Shown piece by piece: positions 19,448 through 29,453 of a stretch of 64,000 nt of DNA. Each line of letters opens with the position of its first letter. The stretch's first letter is position 1. The stretch is from assembly GCA_021731245.1 (NCBI GenBank), contig JAKFXT010000015.1, positions 14,889-78,888 of the forward strand. Direction: 5' to 3'. This DNA is from Patescibacteria group bacterium. GTDB taxonomy: Bacteria > Patescibacteriota > Minisyncoccia > Phycocordibacterales > JAKFXT01. The position numbers and the translations under genes were made by a program. Below the pieces are notes generated by a model, which was given only the letters and a program-made list of their open reading frames with translations, made no database searches and had not been told where the DNA came from.

Positions 19448-19512
19448 ATCCCGTTAGAGAAAAATTAAATTTAATACAATAACTCATGCTCACAGACCTC
19501 TCTAATGGGATG
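19448..19512 (+). repeat. Start-codon-linked inverted-repeat element, copy 3
   Basis: ATCCCGTTAGAGA ... TCTCTAATGGG-ATG; compensatory G/C change relative to the other copies. Confidence 0.8.
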
Positions 19513-20523
19513 CAAGAAAACGTTTCTCTGAAATCTTTGACTACATTTCGTATTGGTGGGCAGGCCCGCTTTTTTTGTTTGATAAACAATATAGAGGATT
19601 TAAAGAAAGCGACCCTTTTTGCTAAAGATAAAGGACTTAATATTTTTGTGCTCGGGGGCGGTTCAAATATCCTAGTTTCCGACGATGGATTTGATGGGTT
19701 GGTTGTGAAAATTGATATAGAAGGTATTGAAATTAAAGAACAAGGAGAAGATTTTTCAGTTTCGGTTGGAGCTGGAGTTGTCTGGGATAATTTTGTTGAG
19801 GAGATGGTTTCAAAAGAAATATTTGATCTTGAGAATTTATCAGGAATTCCAGGCAGTGTCGGCGCCGCTCCAATTCAAAATATCGGCGCTTATGGAAAAG
19901 AAGTAAAAGAGGCGATTCTTTCGGTTGAGGTTTTTGATTTAGAAAATTTAAAAGAAATTAAACTTAGTAATGAAGAATGCCAGTTTTCTTATAGAGATAG
20001 TATTTTCAAAAAGAAAGAAGGGAAAAAACTTGTTGTAACTAAGGTTAATTTTTTATTAAAAAAAATCTTCAGTCCGGACATAAGTTATAAAGATATAAAA
20101 GAATACTTTTCAGGGCGTGATTTGGAAGTTACCCCACTTAATCTTCGTGAAGCTGTTATTTCTATAAGAAAAAACAAACTACCTGATCTTGAAATGTATG
20201 GGAGTGCGGGGTCTTTTTTTAAAAACCCAATAATAGATGAGACCCTGGCTGTTTCTTTACTAAAAACTTACCCCAATGTGCCTAATTGGAAGGATTATAG
20301 CGGGAAGACGAAGATTTCGGCCGCCTTTCTTATAGATAAGGTGTGCGGATTTGGTCATGAAAGTGTGGGGGATGCTTCTGTTTGGGAAAAACAGAATCTA
20401 GTTCTAATAAATAAAGGAAATGGAACAGCAAAAGATGTTTTAGACCTAGCAGAAAGAATTCAAAATTGTGTAAAAGAAAAAACAGGGCTTAATTTAGAAA
20501 GGGAAGTTCAATTTATTTCTTAA
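19510..20523 (+). CDS. murB: UDP-N-acetylenolpyruvoylglucosamine reductase
   Basis: TTFRIGG, LGGGSNIL, GIPGSVGAAPIQNIGAYG, AGSFFKNP, LEREV. Confidence 0.95.
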   Translation: MQENVSLKSLTTFRIGGQARFFCLINNIEDLKKATLFAKDKGLNIFVLGGGSNILVSDDGFDGLVVKIDIEGIEIKEQGEDFSVSVGAGVVWDNFVEEMVSKEIFDLENLSGIPGSVGAAPIQNIGAYGKEVKEAILSVEVFDLENLKEIKLSNEECQFSYRDSIFKKKEGKKLVVTKVNFLLKKIFSPDISYKDIKEYFSGRDLEVTPLNLREAVISIRKNKLPDLEMYGSAGSFFKNPIIDETLAVSLLKTYPNVPNWKDYSGKTKISAAFLIDKVCGFGHESVGDASVWEKQNLVLINKGNGTAKDVLDLAERIQNCVKEKTGLNLEREVQFIS

Positions 20524-20610
20524 ATATTTATTTAATTTTAAGAAAATAAATAATAATTAATTATTATTTATGAATTTTTTGTGAAATATTTAAAATTTAA
20601 GGAAGCGAAG

Positions 20611-20619
20611 TTATCCACA
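20611..20619 (+). promoter_or_regulatory. DnaA-box consensus
   Basis: TTATCCACA in an AT-rich intergenic region. Confidence 0.5.
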
Positions 20620-20796
20620 TTTAAATGTGAAAAATAATTGTTAAAGTATTTTATTAGCGGGATAATACTAATTAGAAGTAACAGTTTGTTGTTTCACTTT
20701 TTTTGGAAAAACATCTGATAATTTTTTTAAAATTATCAATGCCGAAAAAAGAGGTCGGCAACATCTGTGAATTATAAAGTAGTTCTAACACTGAAC

Positions 20797-20859
20797 ATGG
20801 CAAAGAAAAAGAAGGCCTCAAAAAAGAAGGCCAAGAAGTCAAAGAAAAAGAAGATGTAA
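20797..20859 (+). CDS. Lys-rich microprotein MAKKKKASKKKAKKSKKKKM (20 aa)
   Basis: ATG..TAA ORF missing from the ORF track; only candidate gene before a strong terminator. Confidence 0.65.
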   Translation: MAKKKKASKKKAKKSKKKKM

Positions 20860-20884
20860 ATCTTCTTTTAAGGACTTCTCACTT

Positions 20885-20929
20885 AAGACAAAAGACTCTC
20901 TTCGCAAGAACAGGGTCTTTTGTCTTTTT
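20885..20929 (+). terminator. Intrinsic terminator
   Basis: AAGACAAAAGACTCT...AGGGTCTTTTGTCTT followed by a T-tract. Confidence 0.8.
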
Positions 20930-20960
20930 AGGCCTATTTTTAGGGTCCAAATGTGCTAAA

Positions 20961-23441
20961 ATGCCCATCATGTTTAATTGGCTTAAAGGCTTTGCTGATA
21001 GTGGACAAGGCGCCTTAAAGGAGGCGCAGAAAGATCTTCAAAAGGTTAATTCTTTTGAGACGAGCATATCTGCACTAACTGATGATGCTTTAAAAGCAAA
21101 AACCATAGAATTTAAAGAGCGTTTTCAAAAAGGAGAAACTCTGGATGAATTACTTCCTGAAGCCTTTGCTCTTGTTCGTGAAGCAGCCAAGCGCCTCCGT
21201 GGTGAACGACATTACGATGTGCAAATAGTGGGCGGAATCATTCTTCATCGTAAAGGAATTGCTGAAATGAGGACGGGTGAAGGTAAAACCTTGGTTGCAA
21301 CTCTTCCTGCTTACCTAAACGCCTTATCGGGTAAAGGGGTGCACGTCGTTACAGTAAATGATTATCTTTCTCGACGTGATGCTGTTTGGATGGGGGAAAT
21401 ATATTCTTTTTTGGGATTATCGATTGGAATTTTAAATCATGACTCTTCTTTTCTTTATGATCCAACGCACAAAGAGCTTGATAAAGAAAGAGACGAGCTC
21501 GGCTCATTTAAAGTGCTACATGAATTTTTGCGACCATGTAATAGGCAAGAGGCATACAGAGCAGATATAACTTATGGAACAAATAGCGAATTTGGTTTTG
21601 ATTATTTGCGCGATAATCTTGAATACAGTAAGGACTCTCTTCGCCAAAGACCACATTCTTTTGCAATAGTGGACGAAATCGATTCTATTTTGATAGATGA
21701 AGCCAGAACACCTTTGATCATTTCCGCCCCATCTTCAGAAAGCGCCGAGCTTTATAATGTTTTTGCCAAGATTTCTCGCCAAATGAAGAAGGATGAGGAT
21801 TTTCTTGTTGATGAGAAATTAAAAGCCATAACTTTGACTGATGATGGAATAACCAAAGCAGAAAAGATGTTGGGAGTTTCTAATATTTATACAGAAAAAG
21901 GTATTAAATATGTGCACCACCTAGAAACGGCTATTAAGGCCTCCGCTATTTTTGAAAAAGATAAAGAATATGTGGTAAAAAACGATGAGATTGTCATAGT
22001 GGATGAGTTCACAGGGCGTCTTCAGCCCGGTCGTCGCTGGAGCGAAGGTCTTCACCAGGCCATTGAAGCTAAAGAAGGGGTGTCTGTACAAAAAGAGTCT
22101 CGCACATTTGCTTCAATTACTTATCAGAACTATTTTCGTCTTTACGAAAAGCTCTCTGGTATGACAGGAACAGCTATAACTTCATCTGAAGAATTTTATA
22201 AAGTTTATGGACTTCAAGTTGTGGCTATTCCTACCAATAGACCCTCCGCAAGAAAAGATTTTGAAGATCAGATTTTCCAAACAGAGAAAGGAAAGTTTAA
22301 AGCAATAGCTGTTCGAGTCAAAGAACTTCACGAAAGGGGACAACCGGTTTTGATAGGAACTGTTTCAATTGAAAAAAATGAATTACTTTCTGCTTACTTA
22401 AAACAAGAGGGAATTCCGCACGAAATATTGAATGCTAAGAATCACGAACGGGAAGGAGAAATAATTGCCCAAGCTGGAAAAAATGGCCAAGTAACTATTG
22501 CGACAAACATGGCTGGGCGTGGCGTGGATATAAAGTTGGGCGGGAATCCAGCAACAAATGAAGAGTATGAAGAAGTGAAAAAGAATGGTGGGCTTTTTGT
22601 TTTAGGAACGGAAAGACATGAGGCTCGTCGCATAGATAATCAGCTTCGCGGTCGCTCCGCTCGTCAGGGAGACCCAGGCGCTACACTATTCTTCGTTTCA
22701 CTTGAGGATTCACTTATGAGAGTTTTTGCGTCCGATACCATTAAATCAATGATGGGGCGATTTGGTATTCCAGAAGACCAGCCAATTGAAAATCGTCTCA
22801 TAACTCGCTCATTGGAATCTGCTCAAACAAAGATTGAAGGATTTCACTTTGACTCTAGAAAACATGTCCTTGAATACGATGATATTTTGAATCATCAAAG
22901 AACAATAATGTATGCGCGTAGAAGGGATATGCTTTTGGGGGAAACTGAGACAGTAGATAAATTTTTGGAAGAAGTTATTTTGGGAGATGAAAGTTTGACT
23001 ACTAAAGTAAAAGAGCTTAAAGAAAAAATAGGGGCCGATAATTTTTATTTGAATTTGCGCCGTTTGGTTTTGCAAACTATAGACCTATTTTGGATAGATC
23101 ACCTTGAAGCGATGGATTATCTGCGTTCATCTGTAAATCTGCGCGCTTATGGTCAGCGTGACCCATTGGTGGAGTATAAAAAGGAAGGATTGAAATTATT
23201 TAAAGAAATGGAAGAAGGAATGTTTAATGAAATTACTAGATTACTTCCAATTTTGGCAGAAGGTGCAATTGCAATGGAAAAACAATCAAATTTAACTGAA
23301 ATTAAAGATGGAGCAGAATCAATAACATCATCTACTTCTGTAACAAGCAATACTGATAATTCCGGTGTGTCGAAAGTAGGTAGAAACGAACCGTGCCCGT
23401 GTGGAAGCGGTAAGAAGTATAAGCATTGCCATGGCAAGTAA
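20961..23441 (+). CDS. secA: Preprotein translocase subunit SecA
   Basis: MRTGEGKT, VDEIDSILIDEARTPLIIS, ATNMAGRG, C-terminal GRNEPCPCGSGKKYKHCH. Confidence 0.98.
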   Translation: MPIMFNWLKGFADSGQGALKEAQKDLQKVNSFETSISALTDDALKAKTIEFKERFQKGETLDELLPEAFALVREAAKRLRGERHYDVQIVGGIILHRKGIAEMRTGEGKTLVATLPAYLNALSGKGVHVVTVNDYLSRRDAVWMGEIYSFLGLSIGILNHDSSFLYDPTHKELDKERDELGSFKVLHEFLRPCNRQEAYRADITYGTNSEFGFDYLRDNLEYSKDSLRQRPHSFAIVDEIDSILIDEARTPLIISAPSSESAELYNVFAKISRQMKKDEDFLVDEKLKAITLTDDGITKAEKMLGVSNIYTEKGIKYVHHLETAIKASAIFEKDKEYVVKNDEIVIVDEFTGRLQPGRRWSEGLHQAIEAKEGVSVQKESRTFASITYQNYFRLYEKLSGMTGTAITSSEEFYKVYGLQVVAIPTNRPSARKDFEDQIFQTEKGKFKAIAVRVKELHERGQPVLIGTVSIEKNELLSAYLKQEGIPHEILNAKNHEREGEIIAQAGKNGQVTIATNMAGRGVDIKLGGNPATNEEYEEVKKNGGLFVLGTERHEARRIDNQLRGRSARQGDPGATLFFVSLEDSLMRVFASDTIKSMMGRFGIPEDQPIENRLITRSLESAQTKIEGFHFDSRKHVLEYDDILNHQRTIMYARRRDMLLGETETVDKFLEEVILGDESLTTKVKELKEKIGADNFYLNLRRLVLQTIDLFWIDHLEAMDYLRSSVNLRAYGQRDPLVEYKKEGLKLFKEMEEGMFNEITRLLPILAEGAIAMEKQSNLTEIKDGAESITSSTSVTSNTDNSGVSKVGRNEPCPCGSGKKYKHCHGK

Positions 23442-24057
23442 GAAAATAAATTTAAATGTTGCGGATAAAATGGTTGATCTTGGGAAATTGGTTTTGCAAT
23501 TTGCACGGGTAAATAGAATTACCTATCACGAAGATGACATTACACTAGAATCCGATACAGACCACACTGTATTGCTCTCAATTATTGCTTGCGCTTTTGC
23601 GTCAGATTATAAAAAAAGCTTGAATTTGGGATTGGTTGCCCAATTTGCTTTAGTTCATGATTTGGTAGAAGTTTACGCAGGGGACACCCCTCATTTGCAC
23701 GGTAAAGGCATAGATAAAAGAATGTTGGATAAAGAAAAAAGAGAGAAAAAGGCTTTAATTAGAATAAAAAAGGAATTTGGAAAAACTTTCCCCTGGCTTC
23801 ATAAGACAATAGAAAAATATGAAAAATTAGATACTTCCGAAGCTAGATTTGTAAAAATATTAGATAAAGCTATGCCTAAGATAACCCACTCCCTTAACAG
23901 GGTTAGAGTTTTAAAGAAACATGGATATACCAGAGAAATGTCAAAAGTTGCTTTTGAAAAACAGATTTTAGAAATTAGTAAAAGTTACGGTAAAGATCAA
24001 AAGGAGGCATTGGAAATAATGAGATTGTTAGCAAAGAAGGCCGTTTTGGCTTATTGA
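23431..24057 (+). CDS. HD-domain hydrolase (5'-deoxynucleotidase-like)
   Basis: ESDTDH, LVHDLVEVYAGD, EARFVKILDK. Confidence 0.8.
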   Translation: MASKKINLNVADKMVDLGKLVLQFARVNRITYHEDDITLESDTDHTVLLSIIACAFASDYKKSLNLGLVAQFALVHDLVEVYAGDTPHLHGKGIDKRMLDKEKREKKALIRIKKEFGKTFPWLHKTIEKYEKLDTSEARFVKILDKAMPKITHSLNRVRVLKKHGYTREMSKVAFEKQILEISKSYGKDQKEALEIMRLLAKKAVLAY

Positions 24058-24100
24058 TTTTTCTTGCCAAAGAAACAGAAAGTATGAGAAACTAGACGGA

Positions 24101-24685
24101 ATGTCTTCTGAAGAAAAAAAAGATTTTATAGTTATAGGTGTGACGGGAGAACCATCAGCAGGTAAAGACTATTTTGCAGAATATATTGAAAGTAAAGGAT
24201 TCCCCCATATTTCTTTGGGAGATTATTTAAGAAAAGAAGCACCTAAACACGGCTTTTCTTTAGATAGACCTGGCCTTTCCGCTTTCGTAAGTAAAATCAG
24301 AATGGAAAGAGGTTATCAATATCCAGTAGATGAAGTTTCAGAGAATATAAAAGGAGATACAATCCTTTCTGGTTTTAGAAACAGAAAGGAGAGTGAATTT
24401 TTGAAGAATAAATTTGGGAGCAGGTTTGTTTTTGTCGGTGTTACTGCTAGGCCAGAAATTAGATATGAGAGAATGAAAAAAAGAGGGCGTATTGGAGATA
24501 ATTTAAGTTTTGATGAATTTCAAAGACAAGACATAGAAGATAGGAAAAATGCAACAGGAACTCACGAAGTAGATAAAGTGGTAGAAAGCGCTGATTACAA
24601 AATAGATAATAGTGGGGGAGAGGAAGAATTTAAAAAGAAAATTGATGAATGGTTTCTAGAAAATATCTCTAGTTTAAATAAATAA
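24101..24685 (+). CDS. P-loop nucleotide kinase (dephospho-CoA/NMP kinase-like)
   Basis: GEPSAGKD Walker A, GFR, RYERMKKRGR, ADYKIDN. Confidence 0.75.
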   Translation: MSSEEKKDFIVIGVTGEPSAGKDYFAEYIESKGFPHISLGDYLRKEAPKHGFSLDRPGLSAFVSKIRMERGYQYPVDEVSENIKGDTILSGFRNRKESEFLKNKFGSRFVFVGVTARPEIRYERMKKRGRIGDNLSFDEFQRQDIEDRKNATGTHEVDKVVESADYKIDNSGGEEEFKKKIDEWFLENISSLNK

Positions 24686-24743
24686 ATGTTTGTTAGGTTT
24701 TAGTCCTTGCAATTGAAGGCCGTCAATACGAAAATATAAGGGA

Positions 24744-26642
24744 ATGAAGGTCTCTTTTAAAAAACTTTTGCTAGTTGGTGAGCTCCCAATTTGGTTGGAT
24801 ACTATTTTTATTACTTTCACCGTAGCTGTATTGATTATTCGCTACGCAAATATTTTTGCAGAAAATATAATAAATCCATTTCTTATTGGAATTTCCATAA
24901 TAGCCAACATTCCTGTTGCAATAGCCGTATTCAATTCTTTTAAAGAAAGGCGTATTACAGCAGATATTCTTGCGGGAATTGCTTTAATTTTTTCTTTTAT
25001 AGCGCAGGAATGGGCATCAGCCGCCTTTATCACCCTGATGCTTGCTTTTGCAAGAATGCTTCATACTTGGAGTGATTCTAAAGCCAATAATGCACTAAAT
25101 AGTTTAGCAAAACTTAAACCTAAGTATGCAAGGGTAAGACATGGAAACACAATAGTAGAGATTCCAATTAATAAAGTTAAATTGGGAGATACTGTGGTTG
25201 TTTCTCTAGGAGAAAGTGTTCCGGTAGATGGAAAAATTATTGAAGGTTCAGGTCTTCTCAATCAATCCTCTATTACAGGAGAGTCTATTCCCGTTTATAA
25301 AAAAGAAGAAGATAAAATCTTGAGTGGTTCAATTGTTGTACAAGGAAATTTTGAAATTGTGGCCCAAAAAGTGGGGAAGTACTCAACAATAGAAAGAATA
25401 ATTTCTTTAGTGGAGTCAGCGGCAGAGCAGAAAGCACCAATTGTTAAAATTGCAGATAAATTGTCGGCTTACTATATTGGAGGGGCTTTTTTGGTTTCGA
25501 TTATTGTTTATGCTGTAAGTCAGGATGTCTCTTTGGTTCTAAGTATTCTCTTGGTTGTTTGTGCTGACGAAATAGCAGTGGCGATTCCACTGGCATTCTT
25601 AATGGCAGTAGCAATTTCAGCTAAAAGAGGAGTCATAATAAGAGGCGCTGAATTTTTGGAAGGTCTTTCTCGACTTAATACTTTGGTTGTAGATAAAACA
25701 GGGACATTAACTATGGGAAAGCTCGGTGTTGCGGGTTGTGTAATAGGTAAAGGAATTGATAGTGATGATTTTTTTGAAGCGGCATCTTTGACTTCTTCTA
25801 TTTCAAAACACCCAGCCTCTCGTGCAATTGAGAAATATGTTTCTAAATTTACTAAGCAGAAGTCGCCGGACTCATATGAAGAAAAAGTAGGAAAAGGAGT
25901 TGTTGCACGTTTTAAAGGTGGACATTTCTTTTTAGGGAGAAGAAGTTTCATGGAAGAGATGCATGCGTCACTCTCTAAAGATTTATTGGAGCGTATGAGG
26001 GAAGCAGAACTCCTTGGTTTTAATATAACCTATATCGGTAAAGGAAAAGAAGTTCTAGGATTTTTTATTGTTTCTGATGAATTAAAGAAAAATGTTAAGA
26101 ACGACATTGATCATTTGAAATTATTGGGTGTTAAAGAAATTTTGATGCTAACAGGAGACAATGCAATGGTGGCTCACCGTATTGGACTTGAAGCCGGCGT
26201 TACACAAGTTAGGGCGAATTTGTTGCCAGAAGATAAAGTTAAAGAAGTTGAAAAGTTTTTACACAAAAGTCCTAAAGATATGCTTGCAGTAGTGGGTGAT
26301 GGAGTGAATGATGCGGCTGCATTAAAAAGAGCGCCGATCGGGATTGTTATGGGAGCCGTCGGCTCTGATGTGTCAATTGAGGCAGCTGATGTTATTTTGA
26401 TGCACGATGATTTCTCGAAAATTCCTGAAACGGTAGATTTGTCACGTTTTGTTATGCAAATTGCAAAGCAAAACTTTATGTGGTGGATTGTTATAAATGG
26501 AGTCGGTCTTTACCTAGTTTTTACCCATGTGCTGAACCCAACTTCTGCCGCTGCTTTTAATTTCCTGACGGACTTTATACCACTTCTCAATGCCTTAAGG
26601 GTTATGAGATTTAAAAGGTCACCAATCTTTCGTCAATTGTGA
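24744..26642 (+). CDS. P1B-type cation-transporting ATPase
   Basis: TGES, DKTGTLT, KHP, MLTGD, GDGVNDA; CADE in place of CPC. Confidence 0.9.
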   Translation: MKVSFKKLLLVGELPIWLDTIFITFTVAVLIIRYANIFAENIINPFLIGISIIANIPVAIAVFNSFKERRITADILAGIALIFSFIAQEWASAAFITLMLAFARMLHTWSDSKANNALNSLAKLKPKYARVRHGNTIVEIPINKVKLGDTVVVSLGESVPVDGKIIEGSGLLNQSSITGESIPVYKKEEDKILSGSIVVQGNFEIVAQKVGKYSTIERIISLVESAAEQKAPIVKIADKLSAYYIGGAFLVSIIVYAVSQDVSLVLSILLVVCADEIAVAIPLAFLMAVAISAKRGVIIRGAEFLEGLSRLNTLVVDKTGTLTMGKLGVAGCVIGKGIDSDDFFEAASLTSSISKHPASRAIEKYVSKFTKQKSPDSYEEKVGKGVVARFKGGHFFLGRRSFMEEMHASLSKDLLERMREAELLGFNITYIGKGKEVLGFFIVSDELKKNVKNDIDHLKLLGVKEILMLTGDNAMVAHRIGLEAGVTQVRANLLPEDKVKEVEKFLHKSPKDMLAVVGDGVNDAAALKRAPIGIVMGAVGSDVSIEAADVILMHDDFSKIPETVDLSRFVMQIAKQNFMWWIVINGVGLYLVFTHVLNPTSAAAFNFLTDFIPLLNALRVMRFKRSPIFRQL

Positions 26643-26688
26643 TCTTAAGTCAAGATGCCGATTTTCGTTTTTAATATATAATAGCCAA

Positions 26689-27366
26689 ATGAATAATGGT
26701 TTTTATTGGATAATAGGCGTAATAGTTATTTTTATAGGGCTACTCGCAGGAGCGGCTTTATATAAAAATAAAAGTGCTACAGGACTTCCTGTTCCTACAG
26801 AAGAAATTTCTCTTTCTGATTGGACAGTTGGTACAAGCACTTCTGTTGTTTTAATGGAATACAGTGATTTCCAATGTCCTGCATGTAGAAGCTATTTTCC
26901 AATGGTTGAACAAATTGTTGCAGAATACAAAAATCGTATTACTTTTGTTTATAGACATTTTCCTCTACCACAACACTTGAATGCCATGGCCGCATCTCGT
27001 GCGTCAGAAGCTGCGGGGCGACAAGGAAAGTTCTGGGAAATGTATGTAATGCTTTTCCAAAATCAAGACGCTTGGGCGACTGTTTCAAAGCCACTTGATA
27101 AATATAAAGAATACGCGACGGAGTTAGGCCTTGATATTGAAAGATTTGAAAATGATTACAATGACCCAGCACTTAAAGGTAAGGTTCAGAATGATTATAA
27201 AAGTGGTGTGAAATTGGGAGTGGAAGCAACTCCAACTTTTTTCATAAACGGTAAGAAGATTAGTAATCCTCAAGGAAATACAGTGGAAGAAATAATGGCA
27301 GGATTTAGAAAAGAATTAGACGCGGCATTTATTCCCAATGTACAAGTGACATTGCCAGTTCAATAA
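26689..27366 (+). CDS. DsbA family thiol-disulfide oxidoreductase
   Basis: N-terminal TM helix, SDFQCPAC, RHFPL, GVEATPTFFING. Confidence 0.9.
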   Translation: MNNGFYWIIGVIVIFIGLLAGAALYKNKSATGLPVPTEEISLSDWTVGTSTSVVLMEYSDFQCPACRSYFPMVEQIVAEYKNRITFVYRHFPLPQHLNAMAASRASEAAGRQGKFWEMYVMLFQNQDAWATVSKPLDKYKEYATELGLDIERFENDYNDPALKGKVQNDYKSGVKLGVEATPTFFINGKKISNPQGNTVEEIMAGFRKELDAAFIPNVQVTLPVQ

Positions 27367-27372
27367 GAGTTT

Positions 27373-27849
27373 ATGTCAGGAGATATGAAATTGCTTACAT
27401 TGGTTGTTGTTCATCAGCATCCCAAGGTTCTTTTGGCTATGAAAAAAAGAGGTTTTGGCGCGGGGCGCTGGAATGGTTTTGGTGGGAAAGTTAATCAAGG
27501 TGAAGAAATAGAAGAGGCAGCCAAAAGAGAGATAAGTGAAGAGTCGGGGATTGAAGTAGAAAATTTAGAAAAATTAGGAATTTTGAATTTTGAATTTAAG
27601 GTGGATGGAAAACTTTTACAAGTTCATATTTTTAAAGCTCGTGATTATAGAGGGGAGCCAAAGGAAACGGAAGAAATGAATCCGAAATGGTTTTTTGTTG
27701 ATGAAATTCCTTTTATGGAAATGTGGGCAGCTGATAAATTTTGGATACCATTGTTTTTAAAGGACAGGAAGTTCAAAGGTAAAATTCTTTTTGGAGAAGG
27801 GGATGTTGTTTTAGAGAAAAATGTTGAAGAAGTGTCTTCTCTAACTTAA
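27373..27849 (+). CDS. Nudix hydrolase (8-oxo-dGTPase, MTH1-like)
   Basis: KKRGFGAGRWNGFGGK, AKREISEESG, MWAAD. Confidence 0.9.
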   Translation: MSGDMKLLTLVVVHQHPKVLLAMKKRGFGAGRWNGFGGKVNQGEEIEEAAKREISEESGIEVENLEKLGILNFEFKVDGKLLQVHIFKARDYRGEPKETEEMNPKWFFVDEIPFMEMWAADKFWIPLFLKDRKFKGKILFGEGDVVLEKNVEEVSSLT

Positions 27850-27861
27850 CTATAATTATCT

Positions 27862-28503
27862 GTGATACAAAATCTACTTACTTTTATTGAAAACATTATT
27901 ATTACCCATGGGGCCTGGGGTATTTTCTGGGCTGGATTTTTGGAAGAAATTTTAGCCTTTGTTCCTTCAACTTTAGTAATAATGACAAGTGGGTTTTTTA
28001 TGCTTGGAAATGATCCAGTAATTTTTTCTTCTTTTTTAAAATTATTTATGAAAGTTGTTATTCCAGTTTCACTGGGGCTTACTCTTGGATCACTGGTTGC
28101 TTATTACATTTTCTATTTTATTGGAGAACCAGCCATTAAAATTTTCGGTAAATATGTGGGAGTTAGTTTAAGTGATATAGAAAAAATAAAAGAAAGAACT
28201 TCAAAAGGGGTTAGAGACGAGGTTCTTATTTTTTTAGCTCGTGCCACTCCATTTTTTCCCATAATGCTCGTTAATGTATTTTGTGGCTTGATTAAATATC
28301 CTCTGACTAAATTCATTTACATCTCATTTCTGGGTGTTTTAGTAAGAGCTACAATTGTAGGTTTCTTGGGCTGGCAACTCGGTACTTTTTATAAAGATAT
28401 TTCTTCGAAGTTTCAAACAGTGGAGACAATCTTCGCGCTAATTATAGTTTTTGGTATTTTTTATTTAATATATAAAAACAGAAATAAAGGAAATGAAAGA
28501 TAG
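27862..28503 (+). CDS. DedA/VTT family membrane protein
   Basis: LEEI..FVPS, GS...YY, LARATP. Confidence 0.8.
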   Translation: MIQNLLTFIENIIITHGAWGIFWAGFLEEILAFVPSTLVIMTSGFFMLGNDPVIFSSFLKLFMKVVIPVSLGLTLGSLVAYYIFYFIGEPAIKIFGKYVGVSLSDIEKIKERTSKGVRDEVLIFLARATPFFPIMLVNVFCGLIKYPLTKFIYISFLGVLVRATIVGFLGWQLGTFYKDISSKFQTVETIFALIIVFGIFYLIYKNRNKGNER

Positions 28504-28558
28504 TGAAACAGGTAAAATTGTCTAAAAACGGTCTATTTTTCATGATATAATTAGAAAT

Positions 28559-28999
28559 ATGAGACATTTAATTCATTTTTTTGATAAACTTGAAGATAGG
28601 GTACGAGAGCGTCTTTCCAGAAGACCAATTCTTTATTCAATTATAGGTGGCTCCGCCATAATTCTCTTTTGGCGTGGGATTTGGCATGTTGCAGATGAAA
28701 TTGAAAAAACCTACTCATTGAGCAATCTTGAAGGAGCATTACTCTCTTTGTTAGTAGGAGGAACAATTCTTCTAATGACAGGGCTTTTTTCATCATTTTT
28801 TGTGGGAGATGCGATTTTAATTTCCGGTCTTCGTAGAGAAAAGAAAATTATTGAAAAAACTGAAGAAGAGATAGGGTTAGAAACAGACATGTTAAAAAGA
28901 ATTCAAGGAGAAGTTTCTCGGGAGGAAAGTATTTTGAATGAAGTTCGTAAAGAGCTTTCTACTATACGCTCTACAATTGAAGAAATAAATAAAAAATAA
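28559..28999 (+). CDS. Hypothetical membrane protein with C-terminal coiled coil
   Basis: Two TM helices (LFWRGIWH), charged tail. Confidence 0.7.
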   Translation: MRHLIHFFDKLEDRVRERLSRRPILYSIIGGSAIILFWRGIWHVADEIEKTYSLSNLEGALLSLLVGGTILLMTGLFSSFFVGDAILISGLRREKKIIEKTEEEIGLETDMLKRIQGEVSREESILNEVRKELSTIRSTIEEINKK

Positions 29000-29009
29000 A
29001 AAATAGAAA

Positions 29010-29453
29010 ATGAAATCAAAAGTGATGCTTTTTACAATGGGGCTCGTTATTATTGGTTTAGTAGATTCTTTTTATCTATTTTATAAATATATAAATGCTG
29101 ACCCAATCAATTGCTTGTTATTTGATGGATGTAACACTGTTGCGCAAAGCCCGTATTCTCATTTCTTAGGCATACCGCTTCCTACTTTTGGAGTTTTATT
29201 TTATGGAGTTATGTTTTTGTTAGTATTTTTTCTTATGCGACATGATAACTTTCTAATAAAAAGAATAACTCTTCTTGGCGCAATCGTTGGTTTTATTTTT
29301 TCACTTTATTTTACGTATCTTCAAGGATTTGTTATTCAAGCTTTCTGTATTTATTGCCTCATTTCTGCTTTAGTGTCTACTTTAATCTTATGTCTAATTA
29401 TATTTATTAATAATAAAAAATCAGAAATTATAGAATATGAAGGAAAATCTTAA
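29010..29453 (+). CDS. Vitamin K epoxide reductase (VKOR) family protein
   Basis: C...GCNTVAQSPYS, FCIYC motif, 4 TM helices. Confidence 0.9.
   Translation: MKSKVMLFTMGLVIIGLVDSFYLFYKYINADPINCLLFDGCNTVAQSPYSHFLGIPLPTFGVLFYGVMFLLVFFLMRHDNFLIKRITLLGAIVGFIFSLYFTYLQGFVIQAFCIYCLISALVSTLILCLIIFINNKKSEIIEYEGKS

Noticed and set aside
20524-20700. Possible oriC
   Set aside because: Only one perfect DnaA box, no dnaA/dnaN nearby, and no switch in gene orientation
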